Positions 55,296-63,980 of a stretch of 64,000 nt of DNA are shown here, piece by piece. The DNA is from a virus. Position numbers and translations under genes: made by a program. Numbering within the stretch: position 1 is the stretch's first letter; the number at the start of each line of letters is the position of its first letter. The notes below the pieces were generated by a model. That model had not been told where the DNA came from, did no database searches, and saw only the letters and a list, made by a program, of their open reading frames with translations. The DNA is taken from positions 70,297 to 134,296 of the IMG/VR virus record IMGVR_UViG_3300016665_000824; one strand, given 5' to 3'.

Positions 55296-56387
55296 TTAAT
55301 TATGTGTTAAGGGGGTTATCTTGGAGGTTTTAGCACCCTCCTCAGAAAGCCTTGCTAGGTAAGCAGACACCCGCCGTCGCAAACTTTTTTTCGACAGTAA
55401 ATCATACTCTTTTTCAAAGATACAGCAAAGTGATTTGTAAAACAAGTTTTTATACTTGAAATAATGAGTATTCACCCTTTCTGCATCAGCAAAATGTCGA
55501 GACAGATAATAGGAATAGTTTACTTCCGCATTGGAGTCTGTTTGACAAATATGTACTCGTCTCAATCTACTGAGAGACCTGCGATCGCGTACTTCTTCGT
55601 CAATGGCTCGAATCGCATCAAGGATCTCAAGGTCATCGCTAAATGGTTCGGCGGCTTGATGGATCTCTTTTAAGTAGGAGTCCCATCGCCGAGTTAGCGA
55701 TCGCTCCTTGAGATGATTTGATATGGTTCGAGCTGTGACTCCCAATGACTTAGCTATTTCTAGCTGAGAAGCGCCATAAGGTACGAAGTTCTCGTTAGTA
55801 TAAATCCTGTCCTTAGATACTGCCTCAACACCCTCAATCCCCATAGAACATAATTCAGAGGCTTGGAGTTTTAGCAAGTCCTTTGCAGGTACTAACCTGA
55901 GTTTTTTCTTTACTTTGCGCTGCTTGTTTTTTTCTTTTTCTGCCAGTCCAGCAGCAAATTTAGAACGAGCTTGTTTTGCAAGTAATTCGGCGCGAGTACA
56001 GTGATACTTAACTTGAGTGATCTGAATCGGACTTAGTTCGACTATCGACCCAAGTTTGGCAACATCATGTTGTTTGCAGACCTTGCCAATACTTGTGTAT
56101 CGCACCCATGCTCGACCTTCTGGTAGCCACCGATAATCGATAAGCAATCCAGCTTTGTGAGACTCCCTAATCCATTTTTTGAGTGTGTCGGGTTTTACGC
56201 CGCAATCACTCGCCAAATGACTGATATTGAATTTAACCCAGCCTTTCCCGCGATCGCTTCTAGATGAAAACTGATCTAGCCCACGCACGACATGCCAAAT
56301 ATTTACTGCGCCGATCGCATGATTTTTGATCACGGCGTAGAGAATATTTGTGTAAGTTGTGGCAATTATGGGGTAATATAGTTTCAT
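55296..56387 (-). CDS. winged-helix/HTH DNA-binding protein, candidate plasmid-type replication initiator
   Basis: 363 aa with two HTH-like segments (IWHVVRGLDQFSS... and SQLEIAKSLGVTARTISNHL); Rep role inferred from neighbourhood (par genes, tandem repeats). Confidence 0.3.
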   Translation of the reverse strand: MKLYYPIIATTYTNILYAVIKNHAIGAVNIWHVVRGLDQFSSRSDRGKGWVKFNISHLASDCGVKPDTLKKWIRESHKAGLLIDYRWLPEGRAWVRYTSIGKVCKQHDVAKLGSIVELSPIQITQVKYHCTRAELLAKQARSKFAAGLAEKEKNKQRKVKKKLRLVPAKDLLKLQASELCSMGIEGVEAVSKDRIYTNENFVPYGASQLEIAKSLGVTARTISNHLKERSLTRRWDSYLKEIHQAAEPFSDDLEILDAIRAIDEEVRDRRSLSRLRRVHICQTDSNAEVNYSYYLSRHFADAERVNTHYFKYKNLFYKSLCCIFEKEYDLLSKKSLRRRVSAYLARLSEEGAKTSKITPLTHN

Positions 56388-56526
56388 CTGAGCGCTACTA
56401 TCGCTTGGGTCTGCATCTCATCAGGTTGATTAAGGAATTGAGCCTCCTTAGCCAACTGGCAGTAAAAACAATATAACACAAAACCCCCGCAAACAACTTA
56501 TTCTTGTGGGGGTTTTGTTGTAAAAT

Positions 56527-57237
56527 ATGTTTATGCGATCGCGTATCTCACTACCGATCGCTGACCATCCAACCATACTGGACAGTAAAAATATTATGTC
56601 ATACATAGACAGCCTGAAAGTAACTGCGAAGAAACATGCAATAATACAGGATATTATTTCTAGGTGCTGGAATTACTGTGTTCAACCACCCAAGAGACTC
56701 AATTCTGAGATACTTAACCATCCTGACATCATCAGCCTTATTGACCATAGCTGGGATAGCAGTATTGTTGGGCTAAACGAGTACCAAAAGCTTGTATTTT
56801 CCCTTGTCAGTGAAGGGGTAAGCGTTAGAAGCGAGTACCCTCTTTGTTTTCACGACATCTTTGTTAGGTTTCTATCGGAGATGTGCCCACTAAGCCAAAG
56901 GATTTCGATAGAGGAGAACTCTATCGACGAGATACACTTAAAATTTCCAGCCAAAAGAGGGATTTATTTTTGCTTGCGTACGGTTATTGGCTTTCGCCTT
57001 GACGGTTTTAAAAACGAAGTTTGGTATGTCGGGAAGTCGGGAAATTTTAGAGAGAGGTGGAAAAGTCACCACAAGTTTGAGGCTTTAAAGGCTATCAAGA
57101 ACGTTGCAGTGTGTTGGCTGCCCCTCGAAGATTACTCTGATGAGCAGCTAAGCTACGCAGAAGAAGTATATATTTACATGCTTCAACCCGTATTTAATGG
57201 CACTTCCAAGCCTGAAAGGTGTCTAGTGGTTAACTAA
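56527..57237 (+). CDS. GIY-YIG nuclease-domain protein
   Basis: C-terminal KRGIYFCL ... VWYVGKSGNFRERWKSHH ... EEVYIYMLQPVFN fits GIY-YIG. Confidence 0.5.
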   Translation: MFMRSRISLPIADHPTILDSKNIMSYIDSLKVTAKKHAIIQDIISRCWNYCVQPPKRLNSEILNHPDIISLIDHSWDSSIVGLNEYQKLVFSLVSEGVSVRSEYPLCFHDIFVRFLSEMCPLSQRISIEENSIDEIHLKFPAKRGIYFCLRTVIGFRLDGFKNEVWYVGKSGNFRERWKSHHKFEALKAIKNVAVCWLPLEDYSDEQLSYAEEVYIYMLQPVFNGTSKPERCLVVN

Positions 57238-57250
57238 CAAACAGTCTAAT

Positions 57251-57296
57251 AGCCAGACAAAAAAAGATCCGAAACTGGATCTTTTTTTGTCTGGCT
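57251..57296. terminator. bidirectional intrinsic terminator
   Basis: Perfect 20-bp stem agccagacaaaaaaagatcc / ggatctttttttgtctggct with 6-nt loop, between convergent genes. Confidence 0.7.
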
Positions 57297-57342
57297 TGGT
57301 TTTCAACAAAAAAGCACCCCGCCTAAACGAGATGCTTTTCAC

Positions 57343-57912
57343 TTACCTTGGCAGATCCCTCACGATCGCCCTAACAATCCCCTCGAACTCTCGTTCTATA
57401 AGCATGAAAGACTCCTGCCTCGACTCCGCTCGCCTAGCCATAACGGCATCAAATATCTCCGCGTCGCGTTGCTTCAATACTAATGCTGGCTCAGTATTCG
57501 GCGAGAAGCCCCTAACGTAATACGGGAAATAATCAACCCTCCAGTACCGCACTAAGCCATCGTCGGGATTGAGGAAATCTACAGGCGCGATCACCGTGTA
57601 AATAAAGTCCAAATTAATCCCGTCTAGCTCGACCTCCTCCTCGCATTGAGGGCAGATCCATCCCCGTTGAATGGTTGCATTGTCAGGTATTGAGGTGACT
57701 GGGGCTTCAGAACAGATGTGATAGACCAAATACTTGCGGGTAAACCTTCTAGGGTAATCCTTTACAAAGCTATCTAGTAATGCGATCGCCTCTACTCTTT
57801 TTAATCCCAATCTTTGGGCTGCGACATGCGGCTGAGTCCAATCTCCCACCGAACGGAAGATATCTTGGAGGGCGCTCCTCTGGCTATCGGTCAAGCTGGT
57901 TTCGATATACAT
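57343..57912 (-). CDS. hypothetical protein
   Basis: 189-aa ORF with CPQCEEE pattern. Confidence 0.4.
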   Translation of the reverse strand: MYIETSLTDSQRSALQDIFRSVGDWTQPHVAAQRLGLKRVEAIALLDSFVKDYPRRFTRKYLVYHICSEAPVTSIPDNATIQRGWICPQCEEEVELDGINLDFIYTVIAPVDFLNPDDGLVRYWRVDYFPYYVRGFSPNTEPALVLKQRDAEIFDAVMARRAESRQESFMLIEREFEGIVRAIVRDLPR

Positions 57913-57985
57913 AAAATTTTGCTACAGTGAATACATAAAATTGCCACAAATCTGCGATAATTCGACATCGTTTCAAAATAAACCC

Positions 57986-58195
57986 ATGTCAATTTGCGGA
58001 ATCTGTGGCGCGGAAGAAGATAACGGCAACATTTCTTTGGAGTTCGATCGCAAGCGAGGTCTCATCACCTCCAACAGAGATGTTCACTTTACGAAATGCT
58101 GCCAACACGCGATCGCCAAGGGTCGAACAGGATGCCCAAATAAAAAGGGCAAAGTCCTTGACCTGCCCTATCTACGTGTCCGACCTATTGTTTAG
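57986..58195 (+). CDS. small Cys-rich protein
   Basis: ORF 57941..58195 starts at TTG; first ATG at 57986 (MSICGICGAEED...); TGCCACAAA motif upstream. Confidence 0.35.
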   Translation: MSICGICGAEEDNGNISLEFDRKRGLITSNRDVHFTKCCQHAIAKGRTGCPNKKGKVLDLPYLRVRPIV

Positions 58196-58440
58196 CTCCA
58201 CGCCAGCTTGTAGCCACAACCCTTGGCGATCGCTCCAGCTTGGTCAAGAGTATCAAAGCCACAAACATTGCGAATGTTCAAATCTGTGTGACTGATCAAG
58301 CCGACTAAATAGTAGCGATCGTCTGGTCCTAGTTCGTAGTTCAAAGTCCCTTGCATAGCCTCCTCCTCGCGAATATCACGCGCTTTTGTGCTAAATTTAT
58401 GGCAATACTAACACAATAGGCGGAATACTGCCACAAAAAA

Positions 58441-58692
58441 ATGCCAAAAGGGATTAAGAAAATTAAAAGAGGGGTGGGGCAGCCTCGGAAGTACAGAAAG
58501 TCGAAGTGTCCACACTGCAAGTCGCACTGGCATACCAGTAATGGAGGCGGGCGCGAAAAGTGTAATGACTGCGGCAAGACATGGGCTAAGAGGAAGGGTG
58601 ATGACGAGCTATTGGCAGCACCACCCGCATCCGTCACCACAAAGAAAAAGGAAGCCCCCGTCAGTATCGCAGATCAAAGACCTGCTGCTTGA
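58441..58692 (+). CDS. C4 zinc-ribbon protein
   Basis: CPHCKSHW ... CNDCGKTW; CTGCCACAAAAAA directly before the ATG. Confidence 0.4.
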   Translation: MPKGIKKIKRGVGQPRKYRKSKCPHCKSHWHTSNGGGREKCNDCGKTWAKRKGDDELLAAPPASVTTKKKEAPVSIADQRPAA

Positions 58693-58757
58693 AAACCACG
58701 ATATTGTCGCTGAGGCGATCACACAAATAACTATTGAAGAAGGTCAAGTAAAAGGCT

Positions 58758-59033
58758 ATGTCAAGGAAGAAGGCAGGTGGTACAAGTTCACCATCTATAA
58801 GTGTTGATCCACTCCGCGCTGAGTTGGACGAGATTTTTAGCGAGTTTCCGAGCGGGGCGGCGATCGCCTATGGATTCCTAAAAACAGAAAGCTCTAGCCC
58901 GTTTATCCAGATTGGTGATGGGGTGAATGTCTGGAGGGTGCGAAGAAATGCCGTCGATTTCTATATTAATGGTGTTAGCGATCGCGTAGAACTCAAATGG
59001 ACGAAGAACAGCAACCAGAACATCGAACCATAA
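58758..59033 (+). CDS. hypothetical protein
   Basis: 91-aa ORF; overlaps next ORF. Confidence 0.3.
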   Translation: MSRKKAGGTSSPSISVDPLRAELDEIFSEFPSGAAIAYGFLKTESSSPFIQIGDGVNVWRVRRNAVDFYINGVSDRVELKWTKNSNQNIEP

Positions 59034-59575
59034 CGCAGATGTGGAATACCCTTCTTGAACAAGACCCAAGGTTCAAGATGGTAGTGGACTTAGCAACCCC
59101 ACGAGGTAATCGCAAAAATGTGATGCCCCTCACCCGCGAGAATGTTCGGATTGCCTTCGCCGCATTTAATGACGGTATTGCTGAGCAGTTAACCGACTTG
59201 GCGATCGCCTGTTTTAACCGTTCCCACTCTCCTCGATTCGTCACCACCGATGAAGGTGATGAATTTATTGAAACTAGCGAAGAAGAAATCTATTATCAAT
59301 GGGAGCCTGAAGCGGCTTTGAGGATCTGCAACCAACGCCTTGATGGGTTTCTAATTGAGATCAGCGATCGTGGCACTATTACCAAATTTAAGTACGAGCG
59401 ACCACCTTTCCTGTATCCTCACGGCTGGGCCTATCAACCAACCATGCCCGAAGTTCCCGACGATCCTGAATGCTGCACGTTATTTGATCGAAGAAGCCAT
59501 GCTCGTCGCCGTCGAAGATTTGGGAATGTCGGCGACAAGTATGACCTGCATGGTAAAGCGTGGAAGAAGGGTTAA
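58997..59575 (+). CDS. hypothetical protein
   Basis: 192-aa ORF. Confidence 0.35.
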   Translation: MDEEQQPEHRTITQMWNTLLEQDPRFKMVVDLATPRGNRKNVMPLTRENVRIAFAAFNDGIAEQLTDLAIACFNRSHSPRFVTTDEGDEFIETSEEEIYYQWEPEAALRICNQRLDGFLIEISDRGTITKFKYERPPFLYPHGWAYQPTMPEVPDDPECCTLFDRRSHARRRRRFGNVGDKYDLHGKAWKKG

Positions 59576-59823
59576 GGCAGTATCCTGTCCAGCAGGTAGA
59601 TAATTAAGTGCATAGCCTTAACATTCCTGTTCGCGCAGTATATCTTCAGGCGAGTATGCAGTGAAGCAGGTAGATCAACCGTGATCCGCACAGTCCGCTC
59701 CTTCTCCCCTTCCACGGGCAACCCATCCAAAATATTTCCCGCAGTATTGTTTGTGTTCAGATCGGAATTAGCCTTGATAAAATTCTGCTCAATTGTTTCG
59801 GTAAGAGGTATACGCTTAGACAC
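59572..59823 (-). CDS. ParG-like ribbon-helix-helix protein (candidate centromere-binding partner of ParA)
   Basis: C-terminal RITVDLPASLHTRLKIYCANRNVKAMHLIIYLLDRIL is RHH-like; immediately downstream of and overlapping parA. Confidence 0.45.
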   Translation of the reverse strand: MSKRIPLTETIEQNFIKANSDLNTNNTAGNILDGLPVEGEKERTVRITVDLPASLHTRLKIYCANRNVKAMHLIIYLLDRILP

Positions 59824-60448
59824 AGCTCAGCACCTCCTCAAATAAAGCTTCGTACTCTGCCGCCGAATCTTGGGCGGCTTTGCTGTTTAATCCCCAGACA
59901 GTTGTGCGTTGACCAGACGAGTCGGCGATCGCCTGTTTCTGGTGAATCACTGTTTCTAACAATGGGATAACCGATATGGCTTTTAAGGTGGCGATCGCCT
60001 CTTCCTTGAGCATGGTTCGAGGGACTGCGCGGTTTAAAAAGAATGCGGCTCTGGGTAAACCCCCTCGCACTGACTGAGCTTGCAGTATTAGCTTTACTGA
60101 GTCCATTGCCGAGTTGAGGTCTAACCTTGTTGGTTGACATGGAACAATTGCTAGATCAGTTCTTAGTAGGATTGCGCGAGTTACCTCCGACAAGTTGGCG
60201 GGACCATCGAGGATTAAGTAGTCGCTCTTTAGGGCTGGTATTTTGTCGAGAATGCTGTCGGAATCGGACATGATTGTATATGCGATCGGAGTGGCGATCG
60301 TGCCTGCCCATTTACTTGAAGATTGCTGACCATCGGCATCGACCAGGATTACGTCTTTATCGTGGCGGCGCAGATACTCTGCCAAGTGGACTGAAGTGGT
60401 GGACTTGCCACAACCACCTTTTTGATTGACCAACGAGATTACAGTCAT
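59816..60448 (-). CDS. parA: partition ATPase ParA (small, type Ib-like)
   Basis: Deviant Walker A NQKGGCGKST, 210 aa. Confidence 0.8.
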   Translation of the reverse strand: MTVISLVNQKGGCGKSTTSVHLAEYLRRHDKDVILVDADGQQSSSKWAGTIATPIAYTIMSDSDSILDKIPALKSDYLILDGPANLSEVTRAILLRTDLAIVPCQPTRLDLNSAMDSVKLILQAQSVRGGLPRAAFFLNRAVPRTMLKEEAIATLKAISVIPLLETVIHQKQAIADSSGQRTTVWGLNSKAAQDSAAEYEALFEEVLSCV

Positions 60449-60597
60449 AGTTATTCGTGGGAGTATTACCTCCGCGCATTAAACCATGATCGTTGCGATA
60501 CTGCAATCAGTAAGTACTGAAGGTGTCCGCGCAAACGTTATTTGTGATGCTGGAAGCTTTACTGGGAAAGGGTTTTAGAATGTCCTTGCAAATAAGA

Positions 60598-60798
60598 TTA
60601 GTTGACTGACCTTATTTTAAAATGCTTGCAATTCACTGGGCAGCGATCGCCTAACCAAGATGCTTCGGTATGGACGTGGAGATCGCTAGTTTTCCAGATT
60701 TGTGGGTTATAGCAATGGTCGGCGCAATCGGGGCTGTACGACTCCCACTTCGGATTAACCCCGTTCCAGTAACAGTCGAGTCGGGTTTCGGTGTGCAT
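60598..60798 (-). CDS. hypothetical Cys-rich protein
   Basis: 66-aa ORF. Confidence 0.3.
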   Translation of the reverse strand: MHTETRLDCYWNGVNPKWESYSPDCADHCYNPQIWKTSDLHVHTEASWLGDRCPVNCKHFKIRSVN

Positions 60799-60801
60799 GT
60801 C

Positions 60802-61050
60802 CTACCAGAACCAATTATCGTAGAAAGTTATAGTCAAGCAAAAAGCAAGTAGTTCAAGCCCAAACTGGATCTCTCCAGTATCGTCATAACAAAATATCCT
60901 AAGCCATGTCTCTGGATAGGAATGTGTGATTTGAAAATCTAGCTTAACCAACGGGATCTGACTAGGCTCAATCAGTATCCAAGCATTGTCCTGATATGGC
61001 AGCTCGTATGGATTGTTGTGGTCGTATTCAAATTTTTTGATTTTGAACAT
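60802..61050 (-). CDS. hypothetical protein
   Basis: 82-aa ORF. Confidence 0.3.
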   Translation of the reverse strand: MFKIKKFEYDHNNPYELPYQDNAWILIEPSQIPLVKLDFQITHSYPETWLRIFCYDDTGEIQFGLELLAFCLTITFYDNWFW

Positions 61051-61250
61051 AAATATTAAAAAGCGATCGCCAATAGGCTATGTGATTTTTACGATTCTAA
61101 ACTTGATATCTCGATATGTCCGACGCAAAGATGACAGCTCCACCTTGGCTTCTTTCTTGTCGTACTGATACTTATTTTGTCTAACCCATACGTTAGGCTG
61201 CTCAAACTTTGTTACTAACTTTTCAATTGCGTACATCGTTGTAACTGGTT

Positions 61251-61440
61251 TAAAAAGCGATCGCTATCCTGAAGAGAGGTGGATAGGCGATCGCAAAATG
61301 TACATCATGAAAAATCCTCTCCCCACAATCTTAACTTGGATTCGCATTAAAAAGCGATCGCTATCCTGAAGAGAGGTGGACAGGCGATCGCTAAAATGAT
61401 TATCTAACATGACCTCTCCCCACAATTTTAACTTGATTTT
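61251..61440. repeat. two tandem ~97-bp repeats, each with a pair of HIP1 sites
   Basis: taaaaagcgatcgctatcctgaagagaggtgga(t/c)aggcgatcgc ... cctctccccacaat(c/t)ttaacttg at 61251 and 61348; ORF-free region upstream of the par operon. Confidence 0.6.
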
Positions 61441-61594
61441 GTGGCAAAAAAATACCGACGTCCTGTGGAGTGGTGGACGACGGGCTATGTAATCTCGATG
61501 GTCTGGAAATATTCTACGCGGTTTTGTGGCGCTTTTATTATCGAATCCCGCATTTAATCGATAATAACGAGAAAATTATTCCTAGATATTATCA

Positions 61595-62068
61595 GTGCCA
61601 ATAACAACCACCATGACTCTCGACTACACCCTCGGATATCTCACGGCAACCTTTGACTCCAACGATTCCCACGGCAAGAGTAGCTCGCCCGAATATGCCG
61701 TGTGGAAATCAATGGTGAACCGATGTACCAATAAGTCGAATAACAACTACGTCAACTATGGCGGTAAGGGTGTCACGGTATCAAAGGAGTGGCGAGACTT
61801 CGAGCAGTTCTACAAGGACATGGGGAAGAAGCCTGCGGGGGCATCGCTGGATAGAATTGACCCGAAGAAGGGCTACAGCAAAGGTAATTGCCGATGGGCT
61901 GAAGCTGGCGATGCTGGCGCGAGGACAAACGATGTGTATATCAAGGTGGGCGGGAAGAAAAAACGGCTCAAGGATGTTGCTGCGGCGAAGGGGTTGAAGG
62001 AGGATACCCTGCGGAAGCGGGTTAATCGAGGGATGGACATGAAGACTGCGGTGACGAAGAAGGCGTAA
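61595..62068 (+). CDS. phage-family DNA-binding protein (HNH_3/AP2-like fold)
   Basis: YAVWKSMVNRC ... YGGKGVTVSKEW ... SLDRIDPKKGYSKGNCRWA motif common in phage genes; G-rich codon usage and no HIP1, unlike surroundings. Confidence 0.4.
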   Translation: MPITTTMTLDYTLGYLTATFDSNDSHGKSSSPEYAVWKSMVNRCTNKSNNNYVNYGGKGVTVSKEWRDFEQFYKDMGKKPAGASLDRIDPKKGYSKGNCRWAEAGDAGARTNDVYIKVGGKKKRLKDVAAAKGLKEDTLRKRVNRGMDMKTAVTKKA

Positions 62069-62892
62069 ATACGTTTTAAATCTCAAGAAAGCTCTCATTT
62101 GTTAACAGTAACTGGAAGATTTCTTTGTAAAAGACCTAATAAAAAAGACCTAGCTCGATCCGTGATCCAGAGATCCAAAATCTCCACGTCCAAAACAGTT
62201 AACTTTTTGAGTGATTCAGGGGGTTGCTATTGGGAATTTTCGCGCGTGTGCATAGAAATAGCAAATTTGACCGTCAAAAAAATAAGCTTTATAGTGTCAT
62301 CACTTAGCTGTGTGACAGGCATCTAAGTAAGGGCTTTACAGTTCTCTAGTCACTTATATATGGCTAGCAAGCGTAAACAAAGGAATAGTAAAGACAGCTA
62401 ACAAGCTGTTTGTAACTAGGGTAGAAATTCGGTTAAGTAGCTACGAAGAAACATAGCTACTTTGAACTTAAGAAAGAGTTTTTTGTTTGCGGGTTTTAAT
62501 GCCTCACTTGCAAGGTAGATAGGATGAACAAAGAGATTAAACAGTGAATTAACACGGTATAGGCTGTAACTAGTAGATAAAGCACTCTAAGCTCAAACAA
62601 CGATCGCACTAAGTTAAACGGTTACTTAGTAAAGCGATCGCACTCATTCCCATTGCTTACGAGATAGGCAAAAAGTGAGGGAATAAAGCGATCGGCGATC
62701 GGGTAGTTCGATCCCGTCATGGGTAAGGACTACAGCACTTAGGAATAGCTCTAAAGTAGCTAGGGTTAAGTGAGTTAGTAGCTATTTGCGAGTAATAGCT
62801 TAAGCGTAGGTACTAATCACTTCATACGCAAATTAGATCAAAGAGATAAACCGTTAAAACTATTCACACTATATTTTTTGAGGGTTAAAACC

Positions 62893-63405
62893 ATGTCTAA
62901 TCTTAATACTGAGTTTTCCGAATTGATTGCGATCGCTGATTTTCACGGTGTAAGCATTGATGAAGCAGTTGCGCTAAAAACTGCTAGCGAAAGCGCTAGT
63001 AAAAAGCTTACTCGTAATCTTTCTACAGCGATCGCTGATCGTCTTGTTGCGACAATCGAAAATGATTGGAGCGCTACTAACTCTAATTATCTTGATGTGC
63101 TAACTCGTAGAATGCAACGCGCTAACCGTAAAGAACGCTTAGCCGATCCTGTTGCAAAACTTGAAGCACCCGTTGAAGTAGTAGTTGAAGCACCCGTTGA
63201 GACTGAAAAAGTTACCGTTGAAGCACCCGTTGAAGTAGTAGTTGAAGCACCCGTTGAGACAGCTATCGACAGATCACCAACGCAGGCACGCCGCAAACGT
63301 GGCGCTACAGTTGCAACGGTTGAAGCACTCGCACCCGTTGAGACTGAAAAAGTTACCGTTGAAGCACCCGTTGCGAGAAAAACTAGATCACGTAGAGCTA
63401 AGTAA
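62893..63405 (+). CDS. protein with tandem EAPVE(V/T) peptide repeats
   Basis: ORF 62878..63405; start at ATG 62893; nucleotide tandem repeats at about 63166-63380 encode repeated EAPVEVVVEAPVETEKVTV units. Confidence 0.45.
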   Translation: MSNLNTEFSELIAIADFHGVSIDEAVALKTASESASKKLTRNLSTAIADRLVATIENDWSATNSNYLDVLTRRMQRANRKERLADPVAKLEAPVEVVVEAPVETEKVTVEAPVEVVVEAPVETAIDRSPTQARRKRGATVATVEALAPVETEKVTVEAPVARKTRSRRAK

Positions 63406-63414
63406 AGCTCTTAG

Positions 63415-63455
63415 CACCCCGATCGCTTATCCTATGGCGATCGGGGTGTTTTTTT
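63415..63455 (+). terminator. intrinsic terminator
   Basis: 12-bp stem caccccgatcgc / gcgatcggggtg, 10-nt loop, followed by T7. Confidence 0.75.
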
Positions 63456-63479
63456 GTTAGCCCCTACCCTATTAATCCA

Positions 63480-63980
63480 ATGAGAAACAAAGCAAAAGAA
63501 ATTAACTCTCTGAAGTCACAAGGCTTTACACTTCACACCGATCGCAAGTTTTCTAAACACCAGCTCCCCGATCGCTCTGATGTCTCTCTATCTCAAAACA
63601 GCAAAAAATCATCACACAATAAACCCGTCCATGCTAACGAAATTTCTACGGTAGTAGACAGCTTTAATACCTCCATAGGTCAGTTTGTGATCCTGCGATC
63701 AGGCAGGATCTCTTTCTATATCAAGGGGATATCTAGGGATGTAACAGTCATTATGTCATCTCTAAGAGATGAAGAAAGCGCTATTGCTGAATACAAAGGA
63801 TTGCCAATTACTCCTATACATATAGGAGGAAAACTTAGAATTAACCCTAGCAAGGTAGTAGAGCGTTACAACCACGCGATCGCTAGATGTCAAGAGTCAT
63901 ATTTCCTTTACTTAGCAAGTATAGGAAAACAAGTTAACCCAGAAAGGGAATTACTAAGATCTTTGATGAGATTAGGGTAA
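63480..63980 (+). CDS. hypothetical protein
   Basis: 166-aa ORF. Confidence 0.4.
   Translation: MRNKAKEINSLKSQGFTLHTDRKFSKHQLPDRSDVSLSQNSKKSSHNKPVHANEISTVVDSFNTSIGQFVILRSGRISFYIKGISRDVTVIMSSLRDEESAIAEYKGLPITPIHIGGKLRINPSKVVERYNHAIARCQESYFLYLASIGKQVNPERELLRSLMRLG

Noticed and set aside
56478-56518. 15-bp inverted repeat (acaaaacccccgcaa / ttgtgggggttttgt) as a terminator
   Set aside because: It lies between divergent gene starts, not after a gene end; more likely a leader or operator structure. Not called.
61251-61440. Tandem repeats considered as a CRISPR array
   Set aside because: Only two copies, ~97-bp period, partly diverged interior, no cas genes. Inconsistent with CRISPR; treated as iteron or centromere-like repeats.
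62695-62725. tRNA-like T-loop sequence GGGTAGTTCGATCCCGTCA in the 62.1-62.9 kb non-coding region
   Set aside because: The flanking bases do not form a 5-bp T-stem or acceptor stem in any register tried; no D-arm or anticodon arm found. Not called as tRNA.
63166-63380. Nucleotide tandem repeats considered as non-coding repeat or CRISPR
   Set aside because: They lie in-frame inside ORF 62893-63405 and encode repeated peptide units.
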